DNA of 64,000 nucleotides from an uncultured bacterium. GTDB taxonomy: Bacteria > Methylomirabilota > Methylomirabilia > Methylomirabilales > JACQHM01. The position numbers were made by a program, and so were the translations under genes. The stretch's first letter is position 1; every line of letters begins with the position of its first letter. Shown piece after piece: positions 17,533 to 25,723 of this stretch. Location: the NCBI GenBank assembly GCA_964535215.1, contig CAZHST010000013.1, positions 7,758 through 71,757 on the forward strand, in the 5' to 3' direction. Below the pieces are notes generated by a model, which was not told where the DNA came from, searched no databases, and saw only the letters and a program-made list of their open reading frames with translations.

Positions 17533-18561
17533 TTAGGTGGCAGGGACGAGCTCCTCCCTGGAAGCCCCTTTAAAATACGGCATGACAAACTTGGCAAACC
17601 GTTCCATGGACCTGAGGCAACGATCATGGTCCATCGTGACGAAGTTTAAGGTGCAGAGGAGATATGTCAGGCCGATCTCACGCTTCAGTTCCTCAATCTT
17701 CGCGATGCAGGTGTCGGGAGAACCGAAGATGCAGAAATCGTTCAGAAACCGTTCGAAGCTCAAGTTTCCCTCCCCATACCTCTGGCAGAGGGCGGCTTTC
17801 AGATCCGGGGCCTTTTCGTGGATGAAGGCCATAAAGGGACCCTCCACTTCCTCCCGGGCTTTCCGGTCTGTCTCAGCGACATAGAGAAAGCGATTCACCG
17901 GGAGCTCCACCCTGGTCCCGTTATGCCCGGCTTGCTTGTAGGTCTGCCAGTAGAGGTCGAGGGTCCTCTTTAGATCAGGGAGTCGCTGGATCGCTCCGAT
18001 AAAGATAGGGTATCCTCGCAAGGCGGCGTACCGGATTGTCTCTGGCGAGATGGCGACAACGTAAATGGGCGGATGAGGCTTCTGGAAGGGCTTCGGATGA
18101 ACGGACACCTCGGGGATCTTGTAGTACTTCCCCTCATAGGAGAAACGGTTGGTGGTCCAGGCCTGGAGGATCACCTCTAGGGCCTCTTGGAAACGCCCCC
18201 TGGTCTCTTCAAGGGGGACGTGAAAGGCCTGGTGAAATCCCTCATCCAAACCTGCCCTGGTCACCCCAAGATCGAGCCTCCCCCCGCTTAAGATATCCAG
18301 CGTCGCCGCATCTTCAGCGACATGGAGCGGATGGTCGAGGGGGAGGATCTTTGCCGCGGTCCCGATCCTGATCCTGGAGGTCTTGGCGGCAATGGCCGCC
18401 CCCACGTTGAACGGAGAAGGATAGAGGAGGTGGCTGTGGCGGAAGTGCCGCTCTCCCAGCCAGACCCCGTCGAAGGCGAGTTCCTCCGCATACTGGATCT
18501 GATCCAGGATATCATGGTAGGTCCCGGTCCGCGTTCCCATGATGAACAGGCCACACTTCAT
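17533..18561 (-). CDS. LLM class flavin-dependent oxidoreductase (paralog 1)
   Basis: AEEL.FDGVWLGERHF, TSRIRIGT, HPLHVAED.ATLD.LSGGRLDLG and P.QKPHPPI motifs; start moved to ATG 18561 (SD). Confidence 0.88.
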   Translation of the reverse strand: MKCGLFIMGTRTGTYHDILDQIQYAEELAFDGVWLGERHFRHSHLLYPSPFNVGAAIAAKTSRIRIGTAAKILPLDHPLHVAEDAATLDILSGGRLDLGVTRAGLDEGFHQAFHVPLEETRGRFQEALEVILQAWTTNRFSYEGKYYKIPEVSVHPKPFQKPHPPIYVVAISPETIRYAALRGYPIFIGAIQRLPDLKRTLDLYWQTYKQAGHNGTRVELPVNRFLYVAETDRKAREEVEGPFMAFIHEKAPDLKAALCQRYGEGNLSFERFLNDFCIFGSPDTCIAKIEELKREIGLTYLLCTLNFVTMDHDRCLRSMERFAKFVMPYFKGASREELVPAT

Positions 18562-18630
18562 CGGCAGATCCCCTGATCTACAACACGATGCTGGACGTAG
18601 AAAACAGCCCTCCCAGCGGGCATCCGACAC

Positions 18631-19638
18631 CTAACAGCCTTTCCTAAGGTAGGGCATCACATAATTTACGAACCGCTCCATGGACCTCTGGCACTTCTGA
18701 TGGTCGATCGTGTAGTAGTTAAAGGTACAGATCAGGTACCGGAGGTCAATTTCCTCACCAAGCTTCTCAAGACGGGCGATGCAGTAGTCAGGATCCCCAA
18801 AGATACAGACCTCGTTGAAGAGAAGGTCATACGTGATCTCTTCCCGGGGGAGGAAGAGGAAATCTCGGATGACGGAACCGCCCCGGTGGATGAAGGCGGT
18901 GAGGGCCTCCTGGGTGTCCTCGATGGCTTGCTCATTGGTTTCAGCGACGTAAAGGAATCGGTTCACGGGGAGGATCACATCCTCCCGTTTGTACCCGGCT
19001 TCTTCAAGGGCCTTGTAATAATACTCCTGGGTCTCCCTGACAACAGAGACGGTTTGGGCGGCGGCGAGGATCAAGGGGAAACCGCGGGTCGCCCCAAAGG
19101 CCAAGGTCTGGGGGCTGATGCCAACGAGATAGATGGGTGGATGAGGTTTTTGGACTGGCTTTGGGTAAACCGATACCTCAGGGATCCTATAGTAGTTCCC
19201 GTTGTAGGAAAAGCGCTCTTTTGTCCAGGCCAGGAGGAGGATATCCAAAGCCTCCTCAAAACGCTCCCGGCTCTGATCGGTGGTCACGCCGAAAGCCAGT
19301 TGGTAAAGGTCGTTCTCCCCAACCCGAGCGATTCCGAGATCCAGACGTCCATTGCTGATCACATCCACCGTGGAGGCATCCTCGGCAACGTGGATGGGAT
19401 GGTCCAGGGGAAGGATGCGTGAAGCGATGCCGATCCGGATGCGCTCTGTCCTGCCGGCGATGTACGCCGCCGCTACCAGGGGAGACGCGAAGAAGTTCCG
19501 GCCCTGGTGGTCAGGGTGGAAATGGCGTTCACGAAGCCACACGCTATCAAAGCCGGCCTCTTCAGCGTACTCGACCTGGCTCAGGAGATCCGCATAGCTT
19601 GCCGAACCAGACCCTGTTGCGTAAAATCCAAATTTCAT
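18631..19638 (-). CDS. LLM class flavin-dependent oxidoreductase (paralog 2)
   Basis: AEEAGFDSVWLRERHF, TERIRIG, HPIHVAED and P.QKPHPPI motifs; ATG 19638 with SD aaggag. Confidence 0.88.
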   Translation of the reverse strand: MKFGFYATGSGSASYADLLSQVEYAEEAGFDSVWLRERHFHPDHQGRNFFASPLVAAAYIAGRTERIRIGIASRILPLDHPIHVAEDASTVDVISNGRLDLGIARVGENDLYQLAFGVTTDQSRERFEEALDILLLAWTKERFSYNGNYYRIPEVSVYPKPVQKPHPPIYLVGISPQTLAFGATRGFPLILAAAQTVSVVRETQEYYYKALEEAGYKREDVILPVNRFLYVAETNEQAIEDTQEALTAFIHRGGSVIRDFLFLPREEITYDLLFNEVCIFGDPDYCIARLEKLGEEIDLRYLICTFNYYTIDHQKCQRSMERFVNYVMPYLRKGC

Positions 19639-19667
19639 GGATCGTCTCCTTTTTGGCGTTTGAACCC

Positions 19668-20540
19668 TCACCTTGCCCGGTCGGGGAAGTCGCGATTCCT
19701 CACCTTAACCTTGATCTTCTTCACCTCCTCAACGAAGGCGGCGAGATGAGCGGAAAGCTCCTCGAGGATCTTTCGGCCCTTCTCAGGGGTGGCCTGGGAG
19801 GGGAGGGGATCGTCGTGGGCGATGGGGCTGACGAATTCAAAGTCATCCATCCCGAGGAAGATGTTCTCCGCCCCCTGGAACCGGATCGCCATCCCGGTCC
19901 CGGCCCGCTTCGAGAAGGCTGGACCTAGCCACTCAGGTGCGTGGATACGATACGAATGGGCCATATATTCCTTGGAATTGAACTTCTCCCCCAAGAGGAC
20001 CATGGCCATGGCCGCCTCAAAATCACTGGCGAGACGCTCGGGGGAGGAGCCAAGGATACCCTGGACAGCTGCCGTCTCCCGTCCCCCATAGAAGGCCACG
20101 AAGGCCCCAGTTTTGAAACGAAGGGAAAAGAGGACCTCCTCAGCGTTTACCACGTTGAAACTGTGAAAGGACACAAAGATGATCTTGCTAAATCCATGAA
20201 AGATGAGGCTTCGGCCAATATCCTCCAGGACCCTTCGGTAAGTGTCCACCCTCAGGTTGATGGTCCCACACCCTTCGCCGACCCGGCCCATGTGGTGAGG
20301 GGCGTAGCCAAAAGGCATCAAGGGCGTGTAGAGAACATCGGCCCTCTTTGCCGCACGCTCGACCACGGCAAAGCTGACAATCCCATCAAGGCCCAAGGGG
20401 GTGTAAGGATTGCCGTGGCGCTCACAGCTTCCGATAGGGACGAGGATCGTCTCACAGCCCTCATCCAGCTTCCGTCTGATATCCCCCGATCCCAGTTCCT
20501 GGATATTCAGGATCTCTCCATCCTTCCTTTCGGTCGCCAT
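19668..20540 (-). CDS. Creatininase/creatinine amidohydrolase family protein (family that includes MftE)
   Basis: ILVPIGSCERHG...LGLD, P.MPFGYAPHH...GTI and SLIFHGF.KIIFVSFH motifs. Confidence 0.8.
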   Translation of the reverse strand: MATERKDGEILNIQELGSGDIRRKLDEGCETILVPIGSCERHGNPYTPLGLDGIVSFAVVERAAKRADVLYTPLMPFGYAPHHMGRVGEGCGTINLRVDTYRRVLEDIGRSLIFHGFSKIIFVSFHSFNVVNAEEVLFSLRFKTGAFVAFYGGRETAAVQGILGSSPERLASDFEAAMAMVLLGEKFNSKEYMAHSYRIHAPEWLGPAFSKRAGTGMAIRFQGAENIFLGMDDFEFVSPIAHDDPLPSQATPEKGRKILEELSAHLAAFVEEVKKIKVKVRNRDFPDRAR

Positions 20541-20654
20541 AGGCTATACCCTTTCCTTTGAAACGGTTTAATCCGGCTGGATCCTTTCAACAGGCCGCCT
20601 CCAGAAGCAACAGGCTCCCGGCAAGGCCTTTCAGGGTTTGAGGACAAAAGATTA

Positions 20655-20670
20655 AGCATACTTTGTGCCA
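20655..20670 (-). promoter_or_regulatory. Sigma-54 (-24/-12) promoter for the creatininase-to-LuxR operon
   Basis: Minus strand reads TGGCACAAAGTATGCT (GG-N10-GC). Confidence 0.75.
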
Positions 20671-20684
20671 GGGAGAAGGAGGGC

Positions 20685-20697
20685 TAAGTTCTTGAAT
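20685..20697 (-). promoter_or_regulatory. Possible IHF site between the sigma-54 promoter and the enhancer
   Basis: ATTCAAGAACTTA versus consensus WATCAANNNNTTR (one mismatch), in the expected position. Confidence 0.35.
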
Positions 20698-20723
20698 TTA
20701 AAGGGGACCATTGGACAAGGGGG

Positions 20724-20757
20724 TGGGGGATTTGGCAAAGTGGGTGAGATACCCCAC
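20724..20757. promoter_or_regulatory. Putative tandem upstream activator sites for an NtrC-family enhancer-binding protein
   Basis: tgggggatttggcaa (20724-20738) and the inverted repeat GTGGG-tgagatac-CCCAC (20740-20757). Confidence 0.6.
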
Positions 20758-20785
20758 CCAGGTGAGGGAAGCCTCAAACTTACTG

Positions 20786-22183
20786 TCAACGAGGTTTAGG
20801 GATCTTGAACTTCTTTAACCGGTAGCGGAGGGTATCGCGGGTGATCCCTAAAAGTCTTGCAGCCTCAACCTGGTTTCCCCCTGTCTGTTGGAGGGCCCGC
20901 TCGAGCAAGGCCCGCTCCCACTGGGGCAGGCTAATCCCCTCAGGGGGGATCCTCACCACAAGCTCGAGGGGGTTCATCGGCACGGGGGAGGGTTTCTGGA
21001 GCTGGGGGGAGGAGGTGAGGGAGAGGTGCTCCGGTTCAAGGGTCTCCCCCTGACAGGCGAGGACCGCCCGCTCCATGACATGTTTCAACTCCCGCACATT
21101 CCCCGGCCAGTGGTACTGGACCAGGGCCTTGGCCGCTCGGTCGCTGATCCGGGGGATCGGCTTCGCGTATTTGCTGCTGATCCGCTCCAGGAAATACTTG
21201 GCAAGGAGGAGGATGTCCTCCCCTCGCTGGCGAAGGGGAGGGAGGTGGATGGTAAAGACGGCTAAGCGGTAGTACAGCTCCTTTCTGAAGGATCCCTGGG
21301 CAATGGCCTCTTCCAGATGTTTGTTTGTTGCGGCGATGATTCGGGCATCGATCTTCCGATCCCGAAGGCTGCCGATCCGCCGGATCATCCGTTCCTCGAG
21401 GGCCCTTAAGAGCTTCCCCTGAAGGGGGAGCTCCAGGTCGCCGATCTCGTCCAGGAAGAGGGTACCTCCGTTGGCCGCCTCGAACAAGCCCATCTTGGAT
21501 TCCTTGGCATCGGTGAAGGAGCCCTTCTCATAGCCAAAGAGTTCTGCCTCGACCAAGGTTGCTGGCAGGGCGGTACAGTCGATCTCGATAAAAGGCGCCG
21601 ACGCCCGGGAGCTGTTCATGTGGATGGCCCGGGCCACAAGACCCTTGCCTGTTCCTGTCTCACCGGTGATGAGCACCGTGGAGACCTCCTCCAGGGAAGC
21701 GATCTGCCGGATCTGCTGAAAAACCCGTTGCATCTCCTCACACTTGCCGATCAGGCCTTCGAAGGAGAAGGTCCTCGTCTCCCGCTCACGGTAGTAGAAG
21801 AGCTCCTGTCTTAAACGGGAGTCTTCGTGGGCCCGGTTCAGCAGGATCTTCAGCTCGCCCAGGTCCACCGGTTTCTTCAGGTAATCGAAGGCCCCAAGCT
21901 TCATGGCCTCGACCGCTCCCTCGATGGAGCCGTAAGCCGTCATGACGACCACATACATGTGGGGGTCAAACTCCTTCATCCTCTTCAAGAGCTCAATCCC
22001 GCTGATCTTCGGCAACCTCACATCCAGAAAGACCAGATCGGGATGCATGGTCTCGAGAAGACTCAGGGCCTTCTCCCCATCCTCCGCCACCTCAGCCTCG
22101 TAGCCCTGTTCCTCCAGGAAAAGTTTGATGGATCGGGCCAGGGTTTTCTCATCGTCCACGATCAGGATCGTGAAAGGTCCCAT
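20786..22183 (-). CDS. Sigma-54-dependent response regulator (REC, AAA+, Fis-type HTH; NtrC/AtoC-like)
   Basis: REC LDVRLP, Walker A GETGTGKG, GSFTDA loop, LFLDEIG, WPGNVREL, and HTH AARLLGITRDTLRYRL; ATG 22183 with SD. Confidence 0.93.
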   Translation of the reverse strand: MGPFTILIVDDEKTLARSIKLFLEEQGYEAEVAEDGEKALSLLETMHPDLVFLDVRLPKISGIELLKRMKEFDPHMYVVVMTAYGSIEGAVEAMKLGAFDYLKKPVDLGELKILLNRAHEDSRLRQELFYYRERETRTFSFEGLIGKCEEMQRVFQQIRQIASLEEVSTVLITGETGTGKGLVARAIHMNSSRASAPFIEIDCTALPATLVEAELFGYEKGSFTDAKESKMGLFEAANGGTLFLDEIGDLELPLQGKLLRALEERMIRRIGSLRDRKIDARIIAATNKHLEEAIAQGSFRKELYYRLAVFTIHLPPLRQRGEDILLLAKYFLERISSKYAKPIPRISDRAAKALVQYHWPGNVRELKHVMERAVLACQGETLEPEHLSLTSSPQLQKPSPVPMNPLELVVRIPPEGISLPQWERALLERALQQTGGNQVEAARLLGITRDTLRYRLKKFKIPKPR

Positions 22184-22205
22184 GCCTCCTCCCAAGATTT
22201 TCTCC

Positions 22206-23726
22206 TTACGAAGCCCGGACGGGGAGGGTGATCCGTACGGAGGTTCCCTTGCCGGGATCGCTCGTGATCGTCATGGTCCCTTTGTTCTGTTCGACAAAAC
22301 GTTCGGCAATGGCCAAGCCCAAACCCGTCCCATCGGCCTTGGTGGTAAAGAACGGTTCGAACACGTGGGGGAGGGCCTCTTCGGGGATGCCCTCACCGTC
22401 ATCGGTGACCTCAATGGCGACGACTTCTCCCTCACCCTCCCGCCCCATTCCCACGGAGAGCCGAAGGGTCCCCCCCTTGGGCATGGCCTCTAAGGCATTG
22501 GAAATCACCTCCAGGAGGGCCTGTTCGATCTGGGAGGGATCAATCCACACGCTTGGGAGATCAGGTTGAAAGGCGGTCTCGAGCCGGATCTGCTGTTCGG
22601 CCATCTTTTCGGTGAAGATGGTTAGCACACCCTTCACCAGAGGCTCCACCCTCTCGAAGAGGGGGTGAAAGGGGGCTGGCTTGGTAAAATCCAGCAGGTG
22701 GCTGATCCGCTTCTCCAAGCGGTCCACCTCCCCGATGACCGCCCGGAGGTGCTCGGTCAGGGGGCTTTTCTTCGGAAGCTGGTGGAGACTCAACTGGGTC
22801 GCCGCCCGGATACTGGCCAAAGGGTTCCGAAGCCCATGGGCCACGGCGGCCGACATCTGCCCAAGGGAAGCCAGCTTCTCCTTCTGGATGAGCTGGGCCT
22901 GGGTTTCCTTTATGGTCTGGATCTTTTGCTGGAGGTCGGCGTTCAAGCTGGCCATCTCCTCCTGGGTCTTCTTCAGCTTCTTCGTCATCTTGATAAAGGA
23001 CTCGGCCAGCTCACCGATCTCGTCTCGGGATTGGACCTGGATCGCATGATCCAGATGGCCTTCCCCCACAATATCCATGGCCCGCTTCAGTTCCTTGACA
23101 GGTCGGGCGAGGCTCCGGGAGATCAAAACGGAGAAGAGGATGCCAAAAAGGATGGAGGACAAAACGATGAGGATCAAGAGGGTCCTGGTGGACCGTTCGA
23201 TGGCCTCAAGCCTCTGAAAGGCCCGCTGGAGGTTGTGGGTCCTGGAGGTCCTGAAGATTTCCTTGATGACCCCGTCCAGAGCGGGGAGGAGGCGTCCGTT
23301 CAGCTCCTCTTTCGCCAGGCGTAGGGCCTCTTCCTTCCGGTTCTGGTCGTAGAGGTTGAAGGCTCTCACGGCCAGGGCCGCAATCTCCCCGTGGAGCTGT
23401 TCCAGTTCCTGGGCAAGCCGGAGGTCCTCGGGCTCCACAACGGCCTCCTTCCAGGTCTGCATCCTCCGGTGAATCCGGCCGTTCAGGCTCATGAATTGTT
23501 CCTTGGCCCCGCTCTCGAACCCCGTGAGGTAATCCCGGATCTTCCGGATCTGGCGGTAGATCATGGACTCCAGGTCCGAGAAGATCCTGACCCTCGACAG
23601 GCCGTTCTCGAGAGTTTTCAGGGCCCGGTTCTCCTCCCGGATGGTCCAGAGGGTCAGGCCCCCGATGACCATCAGGGGGACGATCATAATGGCAAAGGCC
23701 AGCATGAGCTTCTTTTGAAAGGTCAT
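22206..23726 (-). CDS. Membrane sensor histidine kinase (periplasmic helical sensor, HAMP, HisKA, HATPase)
   Basis: Two TM segments; HAMP DEIGELA; H-box AHGLRNPL; NALEAM, DDGEGI, FEPFFTTK and GTGLGL. Confidence 0.92.
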   Translation of the reverse strand: MTFQKKLMLAFAIMIVPLMVIGGLTLWTIREENRALKTLENGLSRVRIFSDLESMIYRQIRKIRDYLTGFESGAKEQFMSLNGRIHRRMQTWKEAVVEPEDLRLAQELEQLHGEIAALAVRAFNLYDQNRKEEALRLAKEELNGRLLPALDGVIKEIFRTSRTHNLQRAFQRLEAIERSTRTLLILIVLSSILFGILFSVLISRSLARPVKELKRAMDIVGEGHLDHAIQVQSRDEIGELAESFIKMTKKLKKTQEEMASLNADLQQKIQTIKETQAQLIQKEKLASLGQMSAAVAHGLRNPLASIRAATQLSLHQLPKKSPLTEHLRAVIGEVDRLEKRISHLLDFTKPAPFHPLFERVEPLVKGVLTIFTEKMAEQQIRLETAFQPDLPSVWIDPSQIEQALLEVISNALEAMPKGGTLRLSVGMGREGEGEVVAIEVTDDGEGIPEEALPHVFEPFFTTKADGTGLGLAIAERFVEQNKGTMTITSDPGKGTSVRITLPVRAS

Positions 23727-23730
23727 CGTC

Positions 23731-24600
23731 CTACCTGAGAGAAGAGGGAGAGGGGATTCCGTACCGGTCCGTGATCCGTTGAAGGACTCCCTCGTTCCTC
23801 AAACCATTGAGCGTCTGATCGAGGGTCGTTTTCAGGTCCTTGTCCCCCGCCCGAACGGCGATGACAAGGTTCCCCTGACGGCCCGGCTCGGGAACATAGC
23901 TCAGGTATGGGTTCGTGAGGATGATCTCATCGGTACCCACCTGTTCTGCGGGGACCCCCAGGAAGAAATCACAGCGCTTCTGAAGGAGGGAGTTTCCGAG
24001 GGCCCGGGTGAACCCTTTTCGGGTATCCACCCAGAAGTAGTTGGTACGGAGGCCCAAACGCTGGGTGATCTCACGGGCAAGCTCAACATCGAAACCTGTG
24101 GGCTTTGGGTCCTTGGTGGAAAAGGGGGGGTTATTGGGATCCGCACAGACGGTCATGACCCCTGTTTCCTTGGCCTTCGCCAGCGCCCCATAGTGTTGGG
24201 ATCGGAGGTAGGCGATGATCTTCCAGATCTCGTCCGAGGTGATGCGACCAGCGAAGGCGCCCATTTGGGTCCCTGGCCGTCCAGCGGCAATACTTGCGAA
24301 CACGTCCCCATCCCTCCCCCCGAACCGCCAGAAGTCGTCGGTCAGATCAGGGCCTTTTGCCCCTCTGCCCCCTGCTCCGTGGCAGAAGATGCAGAGACGC
24401 TGGTAGAGGACCTTCCCCTCCTCGATTGCACCAGGGTCCCCCTCGAAAGGGTTGGTGAGGCCTGCTGGTTCGTCCTGACCGAAAGCGATTTGCCCCCCGG
24501 GTGGAAAGGGCCAAAAGGTGAAGGCCAGAGGCAAGACGATCATCCCTCCCAGGAGGGCTCTTTTCGGTGGCCAGGCATGAAACGGGCTCTTTCGATGCAT
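23731..24600 (-). CDS. Fusion of an XoxG/MxaG-like cytochrome c and a single-lobe MxaJ/XoxJ-like domain
   Basis: Signal-like N-terminus, CIFCH heme motif, GPDLTDD.W and TQMGAF; then VCADPNNPPFS...CDF...IAVR.GD..LK..LDQ. Confidence 0.8.
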   Translation of the reverse strand: MHRKSPFHAWPPKRALLGGMIVLPLAFTFWPFPPGGQIAFGQDEPAGLTNPFEGDPGAIEEGKVLYQRLCIFCHGAGGRGAKGPDLTDDFWRFGGRDGDVFASIAAGRPGTQMGAFAGRITSDEIWKIIAYLRSQHYGALAKAKETGVMTVCADPNNPPFSTKDPKPTGFDVELAREITQRLGLRTNYFWVDTRKGFTRALGNSLLQKRCDFFLGVPAEQVGTDEIILTNPYLSYVPEPGRQGNLVIAVRAGDKDLKTTLDQTLNGLRNEGVLQRITDRYGIPSPSSLR

Positions 24601-24660
24601 GGGGAACTCCGCCTCCTCCCTTAGAATGCCTCACAAAACTCACCGCCCAGGCCTAAAGGG

Positions 24661-24700
24661 CGCAGAGAAAAACTTGGGACTTTCCTTAGCGTTCTCTGCG
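24661..24700. repeat. Intergenic REP-like inverted repeat
   Basis: cgcagagaa (24661-24669) and ttctctgcg (24692-24700). Confidence 0.45.
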
Positions 24701-24729
24701 TCTCTACGGTTTTGATCGGCGCTCTTAAT

Positions 24730-25632
24730 CTAGTCGAAGGGGGCATAGAACGGCACCCCATATTTTGCCAGGATTTCTCGGACCTGTCCACTCTTTACTA
24801 ACCGATCAATGACCTGATTGATGGCCTCCTTTAAGTCCTGATCCTCCTTTCTCACCGCGATGGCGATGTTCCACCGCATCTCCGGCTCAGGGGTGTATCC
24901 TTCGAGCAGCTTCAGGCCGCTCTCTGGGTGCAACTTGATCCACCATCCGGCGGTCGGGGCCCAAAGGAGGGCCACATCCGGTGCCGGGGAAGGAGCCGGC
25001 GATCCGGGGGGTGACGATATCCACGTTGAGACCCCTGGTGGTGGAACCTCCCCTTTTTGCATCGCCTCGAGGGCTTCCCTTCCGTTGCGGAAGAGGGCCC
25101 GTTTGTAACCCTTGTAGAAGAGGTAGCCGTCGGCCGGGGTCGTCATCTCAACGCCGATCCTTTGGTCTTTGAGCTCCTGCAGACTCCGAATCTCTGGAGC
25201 TCCTCCGCGGACGACCAGCACAAACCCTGTCCCAAAATAGGGCTTGGTGAGCGCTAACCCTTTCTCCTCCATCTCTTCTTCCATTTCCGATCCGGTCGGA
25301 AGTCCCATGAAGAAGTCGCATTTCCTTTGCTGGATTGAGGTTCGGAGGGCCCGCCCAAGCCCACCCCGGGTGCCGGTATCAGCCCAGAAGTAGGTCACCC
25401 GGAGCCCTAAGCTCCTGCCTATTTCATCCGCGATCTCCACGTCGAATCCGGGACTGCCAGGGTTGTTGCTGGAGAAAGGGGGGTTATAGGGATCCACGCA
25501 AGCAATTAAGGAGCCCCGCTCCCTGACCTTCGCCAGGGCGTCTGCATCGGCCAAGGGGGGGCTTATCATCGGAACGACCAGCAACGGCGCAAAGGTCATC
25601 CCCAGAAACCGTAGAGGGTTCACCGTCTCCAT
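24730..25632 (-). CDS. MxaJ/XoxJ-like periplasmic binding protein of quinoprotein module 1
   Basis: ACVDPYNPPFS, GFDVEIA, KCDF and IAIAVRKED..LK.AI motifs; signal peptide from ATG 25632. Confidence 0.82.
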   Translation of the reverse strand: METVNPLRFLGMTFAPLLVVPMISPPLADADALAKVRERGSLIACVDPYNPPFSSNNPGSPGFDVEIADEIGRSLGLRVTYFWADTGTRGGLGRALRTSIQQRKCDFFMGLPTGSEMEEEMEEKGLALTKPYFGTGFVLVVRGGAPEIRSLQELKDQRIGVEMTTPADGYLFYKGYKRALFRNGREALEAMQKGEVPPPGVSTWISSPPGSPAPSPAPDVALLWAPTAGWWIKLHPESGLKLLEGYTPEPEMRWNIAIAVRKEDQDLKEAINQVIDRLVKSGQVREILAKYGVPFYAPFD

Positions 25633-25723
25633 CTCCTTTCCTGCCGAAACGCACGAAGGGAGGGCAGGAGATCCCTCCCGCCCTCCCCCGTACGGCCCAC
25701 GCCATTTCGGATCCAAGGCGGCC

